NCBI GenBank assembly: GCA_963828255.1
Contig: CAWHDZ010000007.1
Span: 1-64,000, forward strand
DNA from: an uncultured delta proteobacterium
Lineage (GTDB): Bacteria > Myxococcota > Myxococcia > Myxococcales > Anaeromyxobacteraceae
DNA length: 64,000 bases
Direction: 5' to 3'
Below are positions 20,974-33,867 of this stretch, piece by piece (the stretch's first letter is position 1; every line of letters starts with the position of its first letter). Both the position numbers and the translations under genes were made by a program. The notes beneath the pieces were generated by a model. That model did no database searches. It saw only the letters and a program-made list of their open reading frames with translations, and was not told the origin of the DNA.

Positions 20974-21606
20974 ATGCGCCGGCTCGTTCTCGCCCTGCTG
21001 CTCTCCACGCCGCTCGCCGCGTCGGCACAGTACATCCTGCCTCCGCCGCCCCCTCCGCCGCCGGTTCGCCTCGTGCCGTATCCACCGCCACCCCCACCGC
21101 CGGTGTACGTCGCCGGGAGGCCGCCGGCGCAGAGCCCCTTCTACCTCAACCTGGGGATCGGCGGCGGCGTCGAGCGGTCCTGGGACGCCTGGGGCTACTG
21201 GAGCACGGGAGGGCTCGCCTACAGTGTCGAGGGCGGCCTGCGCCTCGCGCCGCAATTGCTCGTGGGATTCGACCTGCTCGGCCTCTCCACCATGGGGAAC
21301 GCCTGGGAGGGCACGAGCGGCTCGACGCTTCTCCACTACGATGCGGTCCTCACCCTCTTCCCCTTCGCCCGGGGTTTCTACCTGCGCGGCGGGGGAGGGC
21401 TGGCCACGCTCACCGTCACGCTCCCGTACTCCCCGTCGATCACCTACGTAGGCTCGAACGCGCTCATCGGTGGAGGCTGGGCCTTTCCCGTGGCGCCTCC
21501 GCTCCACGTCACGGTAGGGATGGACTGGACCTGGAACTTCTTCGGCGCGAGCGGGGTCGCGAGCTCGGGCACCTGGATGGCGCGAGCCGGGATCGGGTTC
21601 TACTGA
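20974..21606 (+). CDS. Secreted Pro-rich outer-membrane beta-barrel-like protein
   Basis: Signal peptide, poly-Pro linker, beta-strand pattern ending ARAGIGFY. Confidence 0.65.
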   Translation: MRRLVLALLLSTPLAASAQYILPPPPPPPPVRLVPYPPPPPPPVYVAGRPPAQSPFYLNLGIGGGVERSWDAWGYWSTGGLAYSVEGGLRLAPQLLVGFDLLGLSTMGNAWEGTSGSTLLHYDAVLTLFPFARGFYLRGGGGLATLTVTLPYSPSITYVGSNALIGGGWAFPVAPPLHVTVGMDWTWNFFGASGVASSGTWMARAGIGFY

Positions 21607-21799
21607 CGGTCCGAGGTCGGTGGACAGATGGCGTCCATCCGGCTTCAGGAGCCGCCGGCAGGCGCCGAACGTGGTCTTGCCGACTGCGTCCAGGACGACG
21701 TCGAAGGTTCGATCCAGGCGGGTGAAGTCGGTCAGCGTGCAATCCACCACCTCGTCGGCCTTCGGGGGGGCCGTACCTGTCGTGGACGATGGCGCGCGT
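21607..21799 (-). pseudogene. Remnant of an MDR-family NAD(P)-dependent alcohol dehydrogenase/quinone reductase
   Basis: (ACG)RAIVHDRYGPPE fused out of frame to ADEVVDCTLTDFT..FDVVLDAVGKTTFGACRRLLKPDG.HLSTDLGP. Confidence 0.7.
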
Positions 21800-21821
21800 G
21801 GGCAGGGAGGCCTTGATGCCG

Positions 21822-22961
21822 CTAGCTCCCACGGCGCTCCAGGAAACCCTGCATCGCCCCCAGCGCCGGCTCGGGATTCGACCGGCCCACCCCCAGGCGG
21901 AAGCGGTCGGTGGGCGTATCCGCGAGGCTGGAGCGGAAGAGGCTTCCGGGGGCGAGGAGGACGCCCGCCTGTTCCACCAGATCCTGGCAGAAAGCCTCCA
22001 CTCCGTCCGCGCCCCTGTAACGGGGAAAGCAGATGCAGCCGCCCTGGGGGCGCTCCCAGTCGAAGAGCTTCGCCCACCGCGCGAAGAAGGCGTCGAAGAG
22101 GGGCAGGTTGTGGCGGACGATGGCGCGGTTCCGGGCCTGGATGGCCTCGCCGTGCCGCAGCGCCAGGGCGGCCAGGAACTCGCTCGGGCCGGAGTTGGAG
22201 ATGGAGGTGTAGTGCTTGCGCCGCTCCAGGCGCGTGAGGAGCGCCCGGTCCCGGCTCGCCAGCCAGCCCACCCGCAGCCCCGCCAGGCCGTAGGACTTGG
22301 AGGTCACGTTCAGGGAGACCGCCGTCGGGGAGAGATCGGCGGCCTGGGTCAGGCGCCGTGCCGGGTCGAGCTCCAGTCCGCGGTGCACCTCGTCGCAGAA
22401 GAGGCGGATGCCGCGCGCCTCGCAGAGGTCCACCAGGGCCTGGAACGTGGAGGGATCGGGCACGGCGCCGGACGGGTTGTGCGGGAAGTTCACGGCCACG
22501 AGCCGCGTGCTGGGCCGCAGCGCGCGCTCCAGCCGGTCGAGATCCAGCGCCCATCCGTTCTCCGGAGTGAGCGCCAGTCCGGTCACGTCCGCGCCCGTGG
22601 CCAGGGCGAGCGACTCGATGGACTGGTAGCCGGGAACGGTGAGGAGGACGTGGTCGCCGGGACCGGCCGAATCCTGGAAGAGCCAGAAGAGCGCTTCCTG
22701 GGCTCCGGCGAAGGCGAGGACGTCCTCGGGCCGCAGGGACACGTAGGTCCCTGCGATGGCCTGCCGCAACCCGTCACCACCCCAGGTGGGGACGTAGCCC
22801 AGCGTGATTCGCTCGAAGGCCGCCCGGTCCGCGTCCGTGCCCAGCGCCAGCAGCTCGCCGAGGGTCATGCTCTGGGCGTCCGAGGCCGTCAGCACGTGGC
22901 GGGCGGCGAACTCCCACCGGCTGAAGAAGACCTCGAGCCGGAAGTCGGGAAGCTGGTGCAC
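21822..22961 (-). CDS. PLP-dependent aminotransferase class I/II
   Basis: NFPHNPSG, FCDEVHRGL, SKSYGLAGLRVGW; GGAGGTG RBS before GTG. Confidence 0.9.
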   Translation of the reverse strand: MHQLPDFRLEVFFSRWEFAARHVLTASDAQSMTLGELLALGTDADRAAFERITLGYVPTWGGDGLRQAIAGTYVSLRPEDVLAFAGAQEALFWLFQDSAGPGDHVLLTVPGYQSIESLALATGADVTGLALTPENGWALDLDRLERALRPSTRLVAVNFPHNPSGAVPDPSTFQALVDLCEARGIRLFCDEVHRGLELDPARRLTQAADLSPTAVSLNVTSKSYGLAGLRVGWLASRDRALLTRLERRKHYTSISNSGPSEFLAALALRHGEAIQARNRAIVRHNLPLFDAFFARWAKLFDWERPQGGCICFPRYRGADGVEAFCQDLVEQAGVLLAPGSLFRSSLADTPTDRFRLGVGRSNPEPALGAMQGFLERRGS

Positions 22962-23025
22962 GCGATCACCTCCTGCGCCCTGCAACCATGCGCCCGATCA
23001 TATCCCCTCCTATAGAACCCTACCC

Positions 23026-24111
23026 ATGACCGCCTCCAAGCTCTTCGCCCCCGCAACGCTCGGCAAGCTCACGCTCCGCAACCACCTCGTGATGGCCCCC
23101 ATGACCCGCAGCCGCGCGGTCGAGGCGGCGACACCCAACGGGCTCATGGCGGAGTTCTACGCGCAGCGCGCCTCCGCCGGGCTCATCGTCACCGAGGGGA
23201 CCTCTCCCTCCCCGAACGGCACGGGTTACCCGCGCATCCCGGGCCTCTGGTCGGCCGGCCAGGTGGCGGGCTGGAAGCTCGTCACCGATGCGGTCCATGC
23301 ACGCGGCGGGCGCATCTTCGTCCAGCTCATGCACACCGGCCGGGTGGGGCACCCGCTGAACCTCCCCGCGGGCGGCGAGGTCCTGGCGCCGAGCGCCGTC
23401 GCCGCGCCGGGCGAGATGTACACCGACGCGAAGGGGATGCAGGCCCACCCGCTCCCCCGCGCCATGACCGACGCCGAGGTGCGCCAGGCCATCGAGGAGC
23501 ACGTGGCGGCGGCACGAAACGCCATCTCCGCCGGGTTCGACGGGGTCGAGCTCCATGGCGCGAACGGCTACCTGCTGGAGCAGTTCCTGAGCCCGGACAC
23601 CAACCGGCGCACCGATGCCTGGGGCGGATCGGTAGAGAAGCGGCTCTCCTTCGTCCTGGAGGTGGCGCGGCAGGTCGCGGAGGCCATCGGCGGGGAGCGG
23701 GTCGGCATCCGTCTCTCCCCGTACGGTGTCAACGCCGGCATGGTGGCCTACCCGGAGATCGACGAGACCTACCGGAAGCTCGTGCCCGCCCTGGTGGCGA
23801 CCGGGGTCCAGTACGTCCACCTGGTGGACCACTCGGCCATGGGCGCCCCCCCGGTTCCGGCCGAGCTCAAGCTGGCGCTCCGGAAGGCCTGGCCGCGCAC
23901 CTTCATCCTGGCGGGCGGCTTCGACCGGACCAGCGCCGAGGAGGCGCTGCGGGACGGGCGCGCCGACCTGATCGCCTTCGGGCGGCCGTTCCTTGCCAAC
24001 CCGGATCTGGTGACGCGCTTCGAGCGGGGACTCCCGCTGAACGCGCCCGACTTCGGCACCTTCTACACGCCCGGTCCGAAGGGGTACACCGACTACCCCA
24101 TGGCGGGGTGA
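23026..24111 (+). CDS. nemA: Old yellow enzyme family alkene reductase (NemA-like)
   Basis: MAPMTRSRA, QRASAGLIVTEG, GFDGVELHGANGYL, FGRPFLANPDL, GYTDYP. Confidence 0.9.
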   Translation: MTASKLFAPATLGKLTLRNHLVMAPMTRSRAVEAATPNGLMAEFYAQRASAGLIVTEGTSPSPNGTGYPRIPGLWSAGQVAGWKLVTDAVHARGGRIFVQLMHTGRVGHPLNLPAGGEVLAPSAVAAPGEMYTDAKGMQAHPLPRAMTDAEVRQAIEEHVAAARNAISAGFDGVELHGANGYLLEQFLSPDTNRRTDAWGGSVEKRLSFVLEVARQVAEAIGGERVGIRLSPYGVNAGMVAYPEIDETYRKLVPALVATGVQYVHLVDHSAMGAPPVPAELKLALRKAWPRTFILAGGFDRTSAEEALRDGRADLIAFGRPFLANPDLVTRFERGLPLNAPDFGTFYTPGPKGYTDYPMAG

Positions 24112-24270
24112 ACGCCCTATCCGTGCGGACCTTCTCGGGGTTCGCCGTTGTGGGTCGCTCGCGCACCTCCAACTCCGTTGACACCCCCCTGCGTCACCTG
24201 TTACGCGTCGGGTCAACGGGGGACAGCATCAGGGGCGTAAAGAGACCTGATCGAACCATCGACCACGAGC

Positions 24271-25182
24271 ATGCCCAAGACGCCCGACAACCGCCAGTAC
24301 ACCCTCATCGTGGTCAGCGACCATTCGCAGGCGGTGCGCAAGTTCCGCCTGCCGCGGCGCTGGCTCAAGAAGGGGCTCGTCGGCGGAGGGGTCGCGGCGG
24401 TCTTCGGCCTCCTCACGGTCACCCACTACTTCACGCTCCTCTCGGCATCCTCGGAGAACCGGGGACTGAAGGAGGAGAACGCCCAGCTCAGGTCGCAGGT
24501 CCTGCTCGTCCAGGAAAAGGTGGCCCACGTCCAGGCCACCCTCGACCGGGTGGAGCGCTTCGACGCCAAGCTGCGCAGCGCCGTCACCCACCTGCAGGAC
24601 CCCGAGCGCAACCTCGCCATCGGCCCCGTGGGCGCCCCGGAGTCCCAGGCGCCGCTTTCGGCCCCGGCGGGCAGCGAGAACCCGGCGGCCCTCCCCGGTC
24701 GGATCACCTCCCTCGACACCGAGGCCCACCGGCAGGAGGCGAGCCTGCGGGAGCTCACCGAGTACTTCGAGGACCAGAAGTCCATGCTGGCCTCCACACC
24801 CTCCATCTGGCCCACCCAGGGCTGGGTGACGAGCGACTTCGGCGCCCGGCTCGACCCGTACAGCGCCGACCGCTCCATGCACCAGGGGCTCGACATCTCC
24901 AGCCCGCACGGCCAGCCGATCCTCACGCCTTCCGACGGGACCGTGGTCTTCAACGGCACCGAGGGCGGCTACGGCAAGGTCCTCGTCGTGGATCACGGCT
25001 ACGGGGTGAAGACCCGCTACGGCCACCTCTCCGAGACCTATGTCCGGCTCGGCGAGCGGGTGGCCCGGGGTCAGAAGATCGCCGCCGTGGGCAACACCGG
25101 GCGCTCCACCGGCCCCCACCTCCACTACGAGGTGCGGGTGAACGGAATCCCGGAAAACCCCCGGAAGTTCATCCTGGAGTAG
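24271..25182 (+). CDS. M23 family metallopeptidase with coiled coil
   Basis: [27 protein letters not shown]. Confidence 0.92.
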   Translation: MPKTPDNRQYTLIVVSDHSQAVRKFRLPRRWLKKGLVGGGVAAVFGLLTVTHYFTLLSASSENRGLKEENAQLRSQVLLVQEKVAHVQATLDRVERFDAKLRSAVTHLQDPERNLAIGPVGAPESQAPLSAPAGSENPAALPGRITSLDTEAHRQEASLRELTEYFEDQKSMLASTPSIWPTQGWVTSDFGARLDPYSADRSMHQGLDISSPHGQPILTPSDGTVVFNGTEGGYGKVLVVDHGYGVKTRYGHLSETYVRLGERVARGQKIAAVGNTGRSTGPHLHYEVRVNGIPENPRKFILE

Positions 25183-25190
25183 CGGTTCGC

Positions 25191-25222
25191 CCGGCGGGGG
25201 TCCTCCCCGCCGGTTTGCTTTT
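25191..25222 (+). terminator. Rho-independent terminator
   Basis: CCGGCGGGG-gtcct-CCCCGCCGG followed by TTTGCTTTT. Confidence 0.7.
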
Positions 25223-25285
25223 GTCTGGCGCGGTGTTAGCTCGGAGGGTAGCTTCCGCGCGCCGACGAGGCCTAAAGAGGGAACG

Positions 25286-28108
<2,823 letters not shown>

Positions 28109-28142
28109 CGCGCCGGGCGCGGTTCCGGACCGGCCAACCGCG

Positions 28143-29051
28143 ATGCTGGCGCCCCGTGAATTCGACCTCGAGCGCGTGGTCCGCAGCCACGGATGGTACG
28201 ACCTCGCCCCCTGGACCTGGGACCCGGAGCGGCGCGTGGTGTCCCGTCCCCTGCGCCTGTCCGGAGGCCGGGTCGTGCACGCCGAGGTGGCCGAGGCCGG
28301 CCCCGGCCGGATCCTGCTCCGGGTGAAGGGCGGGGGACGCCTGCGCGCCGCCGACGCAGCCGCGGTCCGCGCCGCGGTGCGGACCTGCCTGGCCCTCGAC
28401 GAGGACCTCGAGCCGTTCCGGGCCCGGGCGCGCGCCGTCGAGGGGGACGCGGGGACGCGCCCGGTGCAGCGGGCCCTCGACCGCGGCCTGGGACGGTTGC
28501 TCCGCTCGCCGACGGTGTTCGAGGACGCGGTGAAGACCCTCTGCACCACCAACTGCTCCTGGGGGCTCACCCGCGCCATGACCACGCGCCTCGTGGAGGA
28601 GCTGGGAGAGGAGGGACCCTCTGGGCGCGCCTTCCCGTCCCCGGAGGCGATGGCGGCGCGGCCGGAGCGATTTTACCGGGACCGGATCCGGTCCGGCTAC
28701 CGGGCGCCCTTCCTCCGCAGGCTGGCCCGGGACGTCGCCTCCGGGCGGCTCGATCTCGAATCGTGGCGCGACCCGGCCATCCCGCCCGCCGACCTGCGCC
28801 GCCTCGTCCTCGCCCTCGATGGGTTCGGGCCCTACGCGGCGGAGCACCTGATGCGCCTGCTGGGACGCCACGAGGGGCTCGCCCTCGACTCCTGGACGCG
28901 CCGGAAGATCGCCGAGCTGCGCGGCCGGAAGCGGCAGCCCTCCGACGCGGTGCTGGGCCGCTGGTTCGCCCCCTGGGGCGAGTGGGCCGGGCTCGCCATG
29001 TGGCTCGAGGCCACCGCCGACTGGCACGACGACGCGAAGGCACGGCCGTGA
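28143..29051 (+). CDS. HhH-GPD DNA glycosylase-like protein (AlkA/OGG family)
   Basis: LLRSPTVFEDAVKTLCTTNCSW, FPSPE, GYRAP, LDGFGPYAA, DSW. Confidence 0.8.
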   Translation: MLAPREFDLERVVRSHGWYDLAPWTWDPERRVVSRPLRLSGGRVVHAEVAEAGPGRILLRVKGGGRLRAADAAAVRAAVRTCLALDEDLEPFRARARAVEGDAGTRPVQRALDRGLGRLLRSPTVFEDAVKTLCTTNCSWGLTRAMTTRLVEELGEEGPSGRAFPSPEAMAARPERFYRDRIRSGYRAPFLRRLARDVASGRLDLESWRDPAIPPADLRRLVLALDGFGPYAAEHLMRLLGRHEGLALDSWTRRKIAELRGRKRQPSDAVLGRWFAPWGEWAGLAMWLEATADWHDDAKARP

Positions 29052-29064
29052 TAGGGAGATCCCC

Positions 29065-29313
29065 ATGCGATTCGCATTCGTGCTGCTCCGGGTGGAGCCG
29101 GGCCGCCTCGAGGAGGTGGCCAACGCGGTCATGGAGATCGACGGGGTCTCCGAGGTCCACTCGATCACCGGCCCGTTCGACCTGCTCGTGAAGCTCTACG
29201 CCGCCGGATACGACGACTTCGGCGACCTCATCCCCGACCGGCTGCAGAAGGTCCCGGGCATCCGGGACACCGAGACCATGCTCGCCTTCCGGGCCTTCAA
29301 GACCACCGGCTGA
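29065..29313 (+). CDS. Stand-alone Lrp/AsnC ligand-binding domain protein
   Basis: VSEVHSITGPFDLLVKL..PGIRDTET. Confidence 0.88.
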   Translation: MRFAFVLLRVEPGRLEEVANAVMEIDGVSEVHSITGPFDLLVKLYAAGYDDFGDLIPDRLQKVPGIRDTETMLAFRAFKTTG

Positions 29314-29335
29314 TCCGAAGCCACACGAGGTTCCG

Positions 29336-29962
29336 ATGCCCCGCCTCCCGACGCTCGCCGCCATCGCACTGCTGCTCTTGGCCCTCCCGGCCAGGGGCGA
29401 CGACCCGACCCGGGTGCTCCAGCCCAAGAAGGTGCCGCCGGTCATCACCCTCGACCGGACCGACGAGAAGGGGGTCGTCTCCGGCGGCCGGGTGGTGAAC
29501 GTAACGGCGAACGTGAAGGCCGTCGACCTGTCCAGGCGGGAGGTCACGCTGCACGGGTCGGGCGGCCGCGTGGAGACCATCCGGGTCGGACCCGAGGTGA
29601 AGAACCTCGAGAAGCTCGAGCGCGGCGACCGGGTGAGCATCCGGTACCGGGAGGGGCTGGTTCTCCGCGTCCAGGCCCCGGGCGCCGAGGACGTGGCGCC
29701 GGAGGCCCAGAGGAAGGTCGACCGCACGGGAGTGGGGGACGTCCTCTCCGGCAGCGAGACGGTGCGCGCCCGCGAGACCCTGGCCATCACCTCCATCGAT
29801 TCGGGGGCGCGGCTCGTGACGTTCAAGGGGACCGACGGGAAGACCTACGCCGTGAAGGCAGGTCCGAACGTCGCGCTCGACCGGGTGAAGGTCGGGGACA
29901 AGTTCACCGCCACCTACTCGTCGGCCATGGCCGTGTCGGTGGAGCCCGTCCAGCAGAGGTAG
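29336..29962 (+). CDS. Secreted hypothetical protein with duplicated OB-like domains
   Basis: Signal peptide; two similar halves (VKAVDLSRREVTLHG..LERGDRV / ITSIDSGARLVTFKG..VKVGDKF). Confidence 0.7.
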   Translation: MPRLPTLAAIALLLLALPARGDDPTRVLQPKKVPPVITLDRTDEKGVVSGGRVVNVTANVKAVDLSRREVTLHGSGGRVETIRVGPEVKNLEKLERGDRVSIRYREGLVLRVQAPGAEDVAPEAQRKVDRTGVGDVLSGSETVRARETLAITSIDSGARLVTFKGTDGKTYAVKAGPNVALDRVKVGDKFTATYSSAMAVSVEPVQQR

Positions 29963-29979
29963 CGCCTGCCGGCCGCGGC

Positions 29980-30687
29980 TCAGAAGTTGAGGTGCACCCG
30001 GTCCGGCGTCACCCCGGCCTCGGCGAGGGTTGCCTTCACGTCGTTCACCATGGCGGTCATTCCGCAGACGTAGGCCTCGCTGCCGGTGGGGTCGGAGCCG
30101 CCGAGCAGGAGCGCCCGCGCCACCTCCTGCACGCGGCCGCGCACGCCCGGCCAGGCCTCGTCGGCGCTGGACGGGCAGAGGACCACCCGGATCCCATGGC
30201 GCTCCCAGTCGAGGTGCTCGCCCCGGTAGGCGAAGTCGGCGCCACGCCGCTGGCCGTAGAAGAGGGTGGCCCGCCGGAAGCGGTTGCGGTGGGAGACGAC
30301 GTGCTGGAGCAGGGCGCGGATGGGTGCGATCCCCGAGCCGGCCGCGAAGAGGAGCAGGTCGCGCCCCTCGGCCTGGGCGATGGGGAAGCCCTTCCCGAAG
30401 GGGGCGCTGGTCTCGATCCGCGCGCCGGGAGCGGCGGCGAGGATGATCTCGTCGGCGATCTTGCCGCCGCGCTTCACGAGCAGGTCGGCGCTCCCGTCGG
30501 GCGAGGGGGCGCTGGCCAGCGCGAAGTAGGCCTCGCCGGAGGGCGCGCGGAGCTTCACCACCTGGCCCGGGGCGGCGTGGCTCGAGGAGAGAGGTCCGAG
30601 CGCCACGCGCAGGGCGCGCAGCGAGGGGGTCTCGTCCCAGGCGGAGAGGACCGGCACCGCCTCGTACTTCGTCGCGGACCCGGGCAT
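29980..30687 (-). CDS. FAD/NAD-binding ferredoxin reductase-like oxidoreductase
   Basis: PGQVVKL, PFGKGF, AAGSGIAPIR, YVCGM, NF C-terminus. Confidence 0.85.
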   Translation of the reverse strand: MPGSATKYEAVPVLSAWDETPSLRALRVALGPLSSSHAAPGQVVKLRAPSGEAYFALASAPSPDGSADLLVKRGGKIADEIILAAAPGARIETSAPFGKGFPIAQAEGRDLLLFAAGSGIAPIRALLQHVVSHRNRFRRATLFYGQRRGADFAYRGEHLDWERHGIRVVLCPSSADEAWPGVRGRVQEVARALLLGGSDPTGSEAYVCGMTAMVNDVKATLAEAGVTPDRVHLNF

Positions 30688-30697
30688 GGTCCGTATC

Positions 30698-31225
30698 CTA
30701 GAACGTCACCAGCGAGTCCACCTTGACGGGGCCCAGCCGGCGCCTTCCGTCGAGGAACGCCAGCTCGACCACGACGGCGTACCCCACGAGCTCCGCGCCC
30801 TGGCGGGTGACGAGCCGCCCCACCGCCCCGGCGGTGCCGCCGGTGGCGAGCAGGTCGTCCACCACCAGGACCCGCTCCCCCGGATCCACCGAGTCGATGT
30901 GCAGCTCGAGCCCGTCCTCACCGTACTCGAGCTGGTAGCTCTCGCGGATGGTCTCCCAGGGCAGCTTGCCCGGCTTGCGGGCGATGGAGAGGCCGGCGCC
31001 CAGCGCATAGGCCAGCGGGGCCGCGAAGATGAAGCCCCGCGACTCGATGCCCACCACCTGGTCGATCCGCTCCGGCTTCCACCGGGCCACCAGCTCGTCC
31101 ACGACCCGCCTGTAGGCGGCGGCGTCCCCGAGGACCGGCGTGATGTCCTTGAAGACGATGCCCGTCTTGGGGAAGTCGGGGACGTCGCGGATGGTGCGGC
31201 GCAGGAGGTCGGCGATCGATTCCAT
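30698..31225 (-). CDS. apt: Adenine phosphoribosyltransferase
   Basis: [41 protein letters not shown]. Confidence 0.97.
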   Translation of the reverse strand: MESIADLLRRTIRDVPDFPKTGIVFKDITPVLGDAAAYRRVVDELVARWKPERIDQVVGIESRGFIFAAPLAYALGAGLSIARKPGKLPWETIRESYQLEYGEDGLELHIDSVDPGERVLVVDDLLATGGTAGAVGRLVTRQGAELVGYAVVVELAFLDGRRRLGPVKVDSLVTF

Positions 31226-31241
31226 GGGGGCGGACTCTACC

Positions 31242-32042
31242 TCAATGTCCGCCCCGGCCATCGGGGAGGTAGAGGAGCGGATTGCGCGGCCGCGTCCCCT
31301 CCCGCACCTCGAAGTGGAGGTGCGGACCGGTGGTGCGCCCCGACATGCCCACCCTGGCGACGGGGGTTCCCGCCTCCACCCGGTCGCCGTGCTTCACCAG
31401 GACGGCGCTGTTGTGGGCGTAGAGCGTGATGAGCGAGCCGGCGTGGCGCAGCATGACGATGGTCCCGTAGCCGTCCTGGTTGCCGGTGTAGACCACCTCG
31501 CCCGCCGCCGCGGCCCGGACGACCGTGCCCTCAGGCGCCGAGAGGTCGATGCCGTCGTGGCGCTGCCCCTGCTTCACGCCGAACCCCCGGTAGAGGATCC
31601 CTCCCTTGAACGGCCACTGGAGCGTGGCGCTCCCGCCCTTGCGGGGCAGGAGATCGAGGTCGGGGTCGGGCGCGGTGGCCGACCCGCCCGCGGAGCCCGA
31701 GGGGGACGACGCCACCTCGAGCGGGCGGGACGCGCCGGGCACGAAGATCTCCTGGCCGGGGGCCAGGGTGGTCGGATCGGTGATCCCGTTCGCGTCCATC
31801 AGCTCGCGCGGGTCGATGCCGTAGGTCCGTGCGATCCGGTAGAGGGTGTCGCCCTTTCGCACCACGTGCGTGGTCCCGACCAGCTCCGGCTCGACGTGCG
31901 CGTCCCCGGGGCCGAGCGGGAAGGGCGGTGCGCGCTGGCCGGAGATCTCCTCCGGCGTCCGCTGGCGGGAGGCGCAGCCGGACAGCGTCGCCAGGGACAG
32001 CGTCGCCAGGGCGAGCGCCCCGGCGACCTGCAGCCGGGTCAC
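31242..32042 (-). CDS. nlpD: LysM + M23 lipoprotein (NlpD-like)
   Basis: Lipobox [30 protein letters not shown]; downstream of surE. Confidence 0.85.
   Translation of the reverse strand: MTRLQVAGALALATLSLATLSGCASRQRTPEEISGQRAPPFPLGPGDAHVEPELVGTTHVVRKGDTLYRIARTYGIDPRELMDANGITDPTTLAPGQEIFVPGASRPLEVASSPSGSAGGSATAPDPDLDLLPRKGGSATLQWPFKGGILYRGFGVKQGQRHDGIDLSAPEGTVVRAAAAGEVVYTGNQDGYGTIVMLRHAGSLITLYAHNSAVLVKHGDRVEAGTPVARVGMSGRTTGPHLHFEVREGTRPRNPLLYLPDGRGGH
31980..32009. repeat. Exact 15-bp tandem duplication in the nlpD signal peptide
   Basis: GGACAGCGTCGCCAG x2, encoding [10 protein letters not shown]. Confidence 0.8.
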
Positions 32043-32797
32043 GGGTCGAGCTCCCTGCGGTAGCCGGGGATGGAGAAGCCGGCCATCCCGCCGAGCAGCC
32101 CGTCATGGGTCAGGTCGAGGTGGAGCGGGGTCACCGCCACCAGCCCCTCGTCGAAGACGGTGTTGCAGTCGGAGAGGGGGATGTCCTGGTGGCTGGCGTC
32201 GCCGCCGATCCAGAAATAGCTGCGGCCACGCGGGTCGAGCTTCTCCACCACCTCGTTGCCGTAGGTCCGCACGCCCAGCCGCGTGAGGCGGTACCCCTTC
32301 ACGGGGCCGGCCGGCACGTTCACGTTGAAGAGGGTGGGCGAGGCGGGACGCTGCGAGGCCACGCGCCGGGCCAGCATCGCCGCGAAGGCCGCCGCCGGGC
32401 CGAAGTCGTGGGGCTTCCGGGCCGCCAGCGAGACGGCGATGGCCGAGACGCCCAGGAGCGCCCCCTCCATGGCGGCTGCCACCGTGCCCGAGTAGAGGAC
32501 GTCGTTGCCCAGGTTGGGGCCGTGGTTCACGCCGGAGACGACCAGGTCGGGCGGGCGTCCGCGCAGGACGTGGTTGAGCGCCAGGTAGACGGCGTCGGTG
32601 GGCGTGCCGTCCACGGAGAAGCGGCGTCCCCCCAGGTCCACGATCCGCAGCGGCCGGTGCAGGGAGATGGCGTGGCTGGAGGCCGACTGCTCCCGGTCGG
32701 GAGCGACCACCCAGACCTCGTCGTCGGGGAAGGCGGCGGCCAGCGCCGCCAGGCCGGGCGCGTTGACGCCGTCGTCGTTGGAGAGGAGGACGCGCAC
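32039..32797 (-). CDS. surE: 5'/3'-nucleotidase SurE
   Basis: LLSNDDG, VVAPDREQS, DGTPTD, SGVNHGPNLG..YSGTV. Confidence 0.96.
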   Translation of the reverse strand: MRVLLSNDDGVNAPGLAALAAAFPDDEVWVVAPDREQSASSHAISLHRPLRIVDLGGRRFSVDGTPTDAVYLALNHVLRGRPPDLVVSGVNHGPNLGNDVLYSGTVAAAMEGALLGVSAIAVSLAARKPHDFGPAAAFAAMLARRVASQRPASPTLFNVNVPAGPVKGYRLTRLGVRTYGNEVVEKLDPRGRSYFWIGGDASHQDIPLSDCNTVFDEGLVAVTPLHLDLTHDGLLGGMAGFSIPGYRRELDP

Positions 32798-32855
32798 CCC
32801 GGTGAATCTAGCAGCGGGTCGGTCCCCCTGCCAGGAACGGACCTTGGGGGCGGCG

Positions 32856-33641
32856 CTACCGGCGCAGCCCGGCGAGGAGGACGGCGAGCGCCGCGGCGCT
32901 CCCGGTCAGCGCGGTCCACCCCACCACACGGAGGCTGCGGGCCGGCAGGCGAAGCCAGATCACTGCGAGTGAAGCGAGCGCCAGGGGCGCCACCGCCCAG
33001 GGCACGGCGCGGGGGACGACGCCCGCCGCGGAGAGCGCCACCGCCGTCCCCTGGAGGAGCGCCACCCCCGCCGCAGCGGCTGGACCGGGGTCGCGCGCCG
33101 GGGCGCGGGCCCGGGTGAGCACCACCTCCACGGCGAAGGTGGTCGCCGCGAAGCCGAGGGACCAGGCGAGCCAGGCGGCGCCGGCCGCGCCCGGGGTCGC
33201 GCCCGAGGCCACCGCCACGGGGAGGCCGGTGGAGGAGAGGGCGACCGCCACGGCCACCTCGCCGGCCACGGTTCGCTCGAGCTCGAGCCGCACGAGGAGG
33301 GCGATGGCCGCGGCGAGCACCGGCGGCACGGCCGAGGCGAGGCGCGCCTCCGGCGAGGCGAGAAGGAACCCCGCCCCGGCGAGCGTCACGGCGACGGCGA
33401 GCAGCAGGGTGGCGAGGCGCCTGGCGCGGGGGCCATCCTCGGCCCGCGCCCGGCTTCCCCGGTTCCCGGAGGCGACAAGGAGCGGTTCGTAGGACAGGAA
33501 GCCCGCGAAGGCGCCTGCGGCGAGGAGGATGGCGGAGGCGCCCGGGCGCCCGAGTGCCAGGGCGCAGACGAGCGGAAGGGCGATCTGGCCGTAGGCTCCG
33601 TGCTCGTGGGGGAGGAGCGAGCGGCGGGTGGGCGCGGGCAT
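32856..33641 (-). CDS. YwiC-like membrane protein
   Basis: N-terminal LPHEHGAY motif, multiple TM helices, C-terminal RVVGW. Confidence 0.75.
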   Translation of the reverse strand: MPAPTRRSLLPHEHGAYGQIALPLVCALALGRPGASAILLAAGAFAGFLSYEPLLVASGNRGSRARAEDGPRARRLATLLLAVAVTLAGAGFLLASPEARLASAVPPVLAAAIALLVRLELERTVAGEVAVAVALSSTGLPVAVASGATPGAAGAAWLAWSLGFAATTFAVEVVLTRARAPARDPGPAAAAGVALLQGTAVALSAAGVVPRAVPWAVAPLALASLAVIWLRLPARSLRVVGWTALTGSAAALAVLLAGLRR

Positions 33642-33787
33642 GGGTGGCGGATCTAAGGCGCGGCCGGGTCGGCGCCCGTCCCGGGGGGATCACAGTGGCG
33701 CACATCGTCGCACTTGCCTTCGGGCCACCCCGGCCGGAGGCTGAGAGGATCATCACGAAAATGGCACGAAATAAGGCGTTCGCGACG

Positions 33788-33816
33788 TTGCCATTCCCCC
33801 CGATCGGACCTATCAT
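33788..33816 (+). promoter_or_regulatory. Sigma70-type promoter for the STAS gene
   Basis: TTGCCA-17 nt-TATCAT. Confidence 0.65.
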
Positions 33817-33867
33817 CGATCTGTCGGTGCTCGTGGGGGGCCGGCTCAATCAGCGGAGCACACCAGA

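Noticed and set aside
33762..33778. TGGCACG as a sigma54 -24 box
   Set aside because: No GC at the required -12 spacing; a sigma70 promoter nearby explains expression
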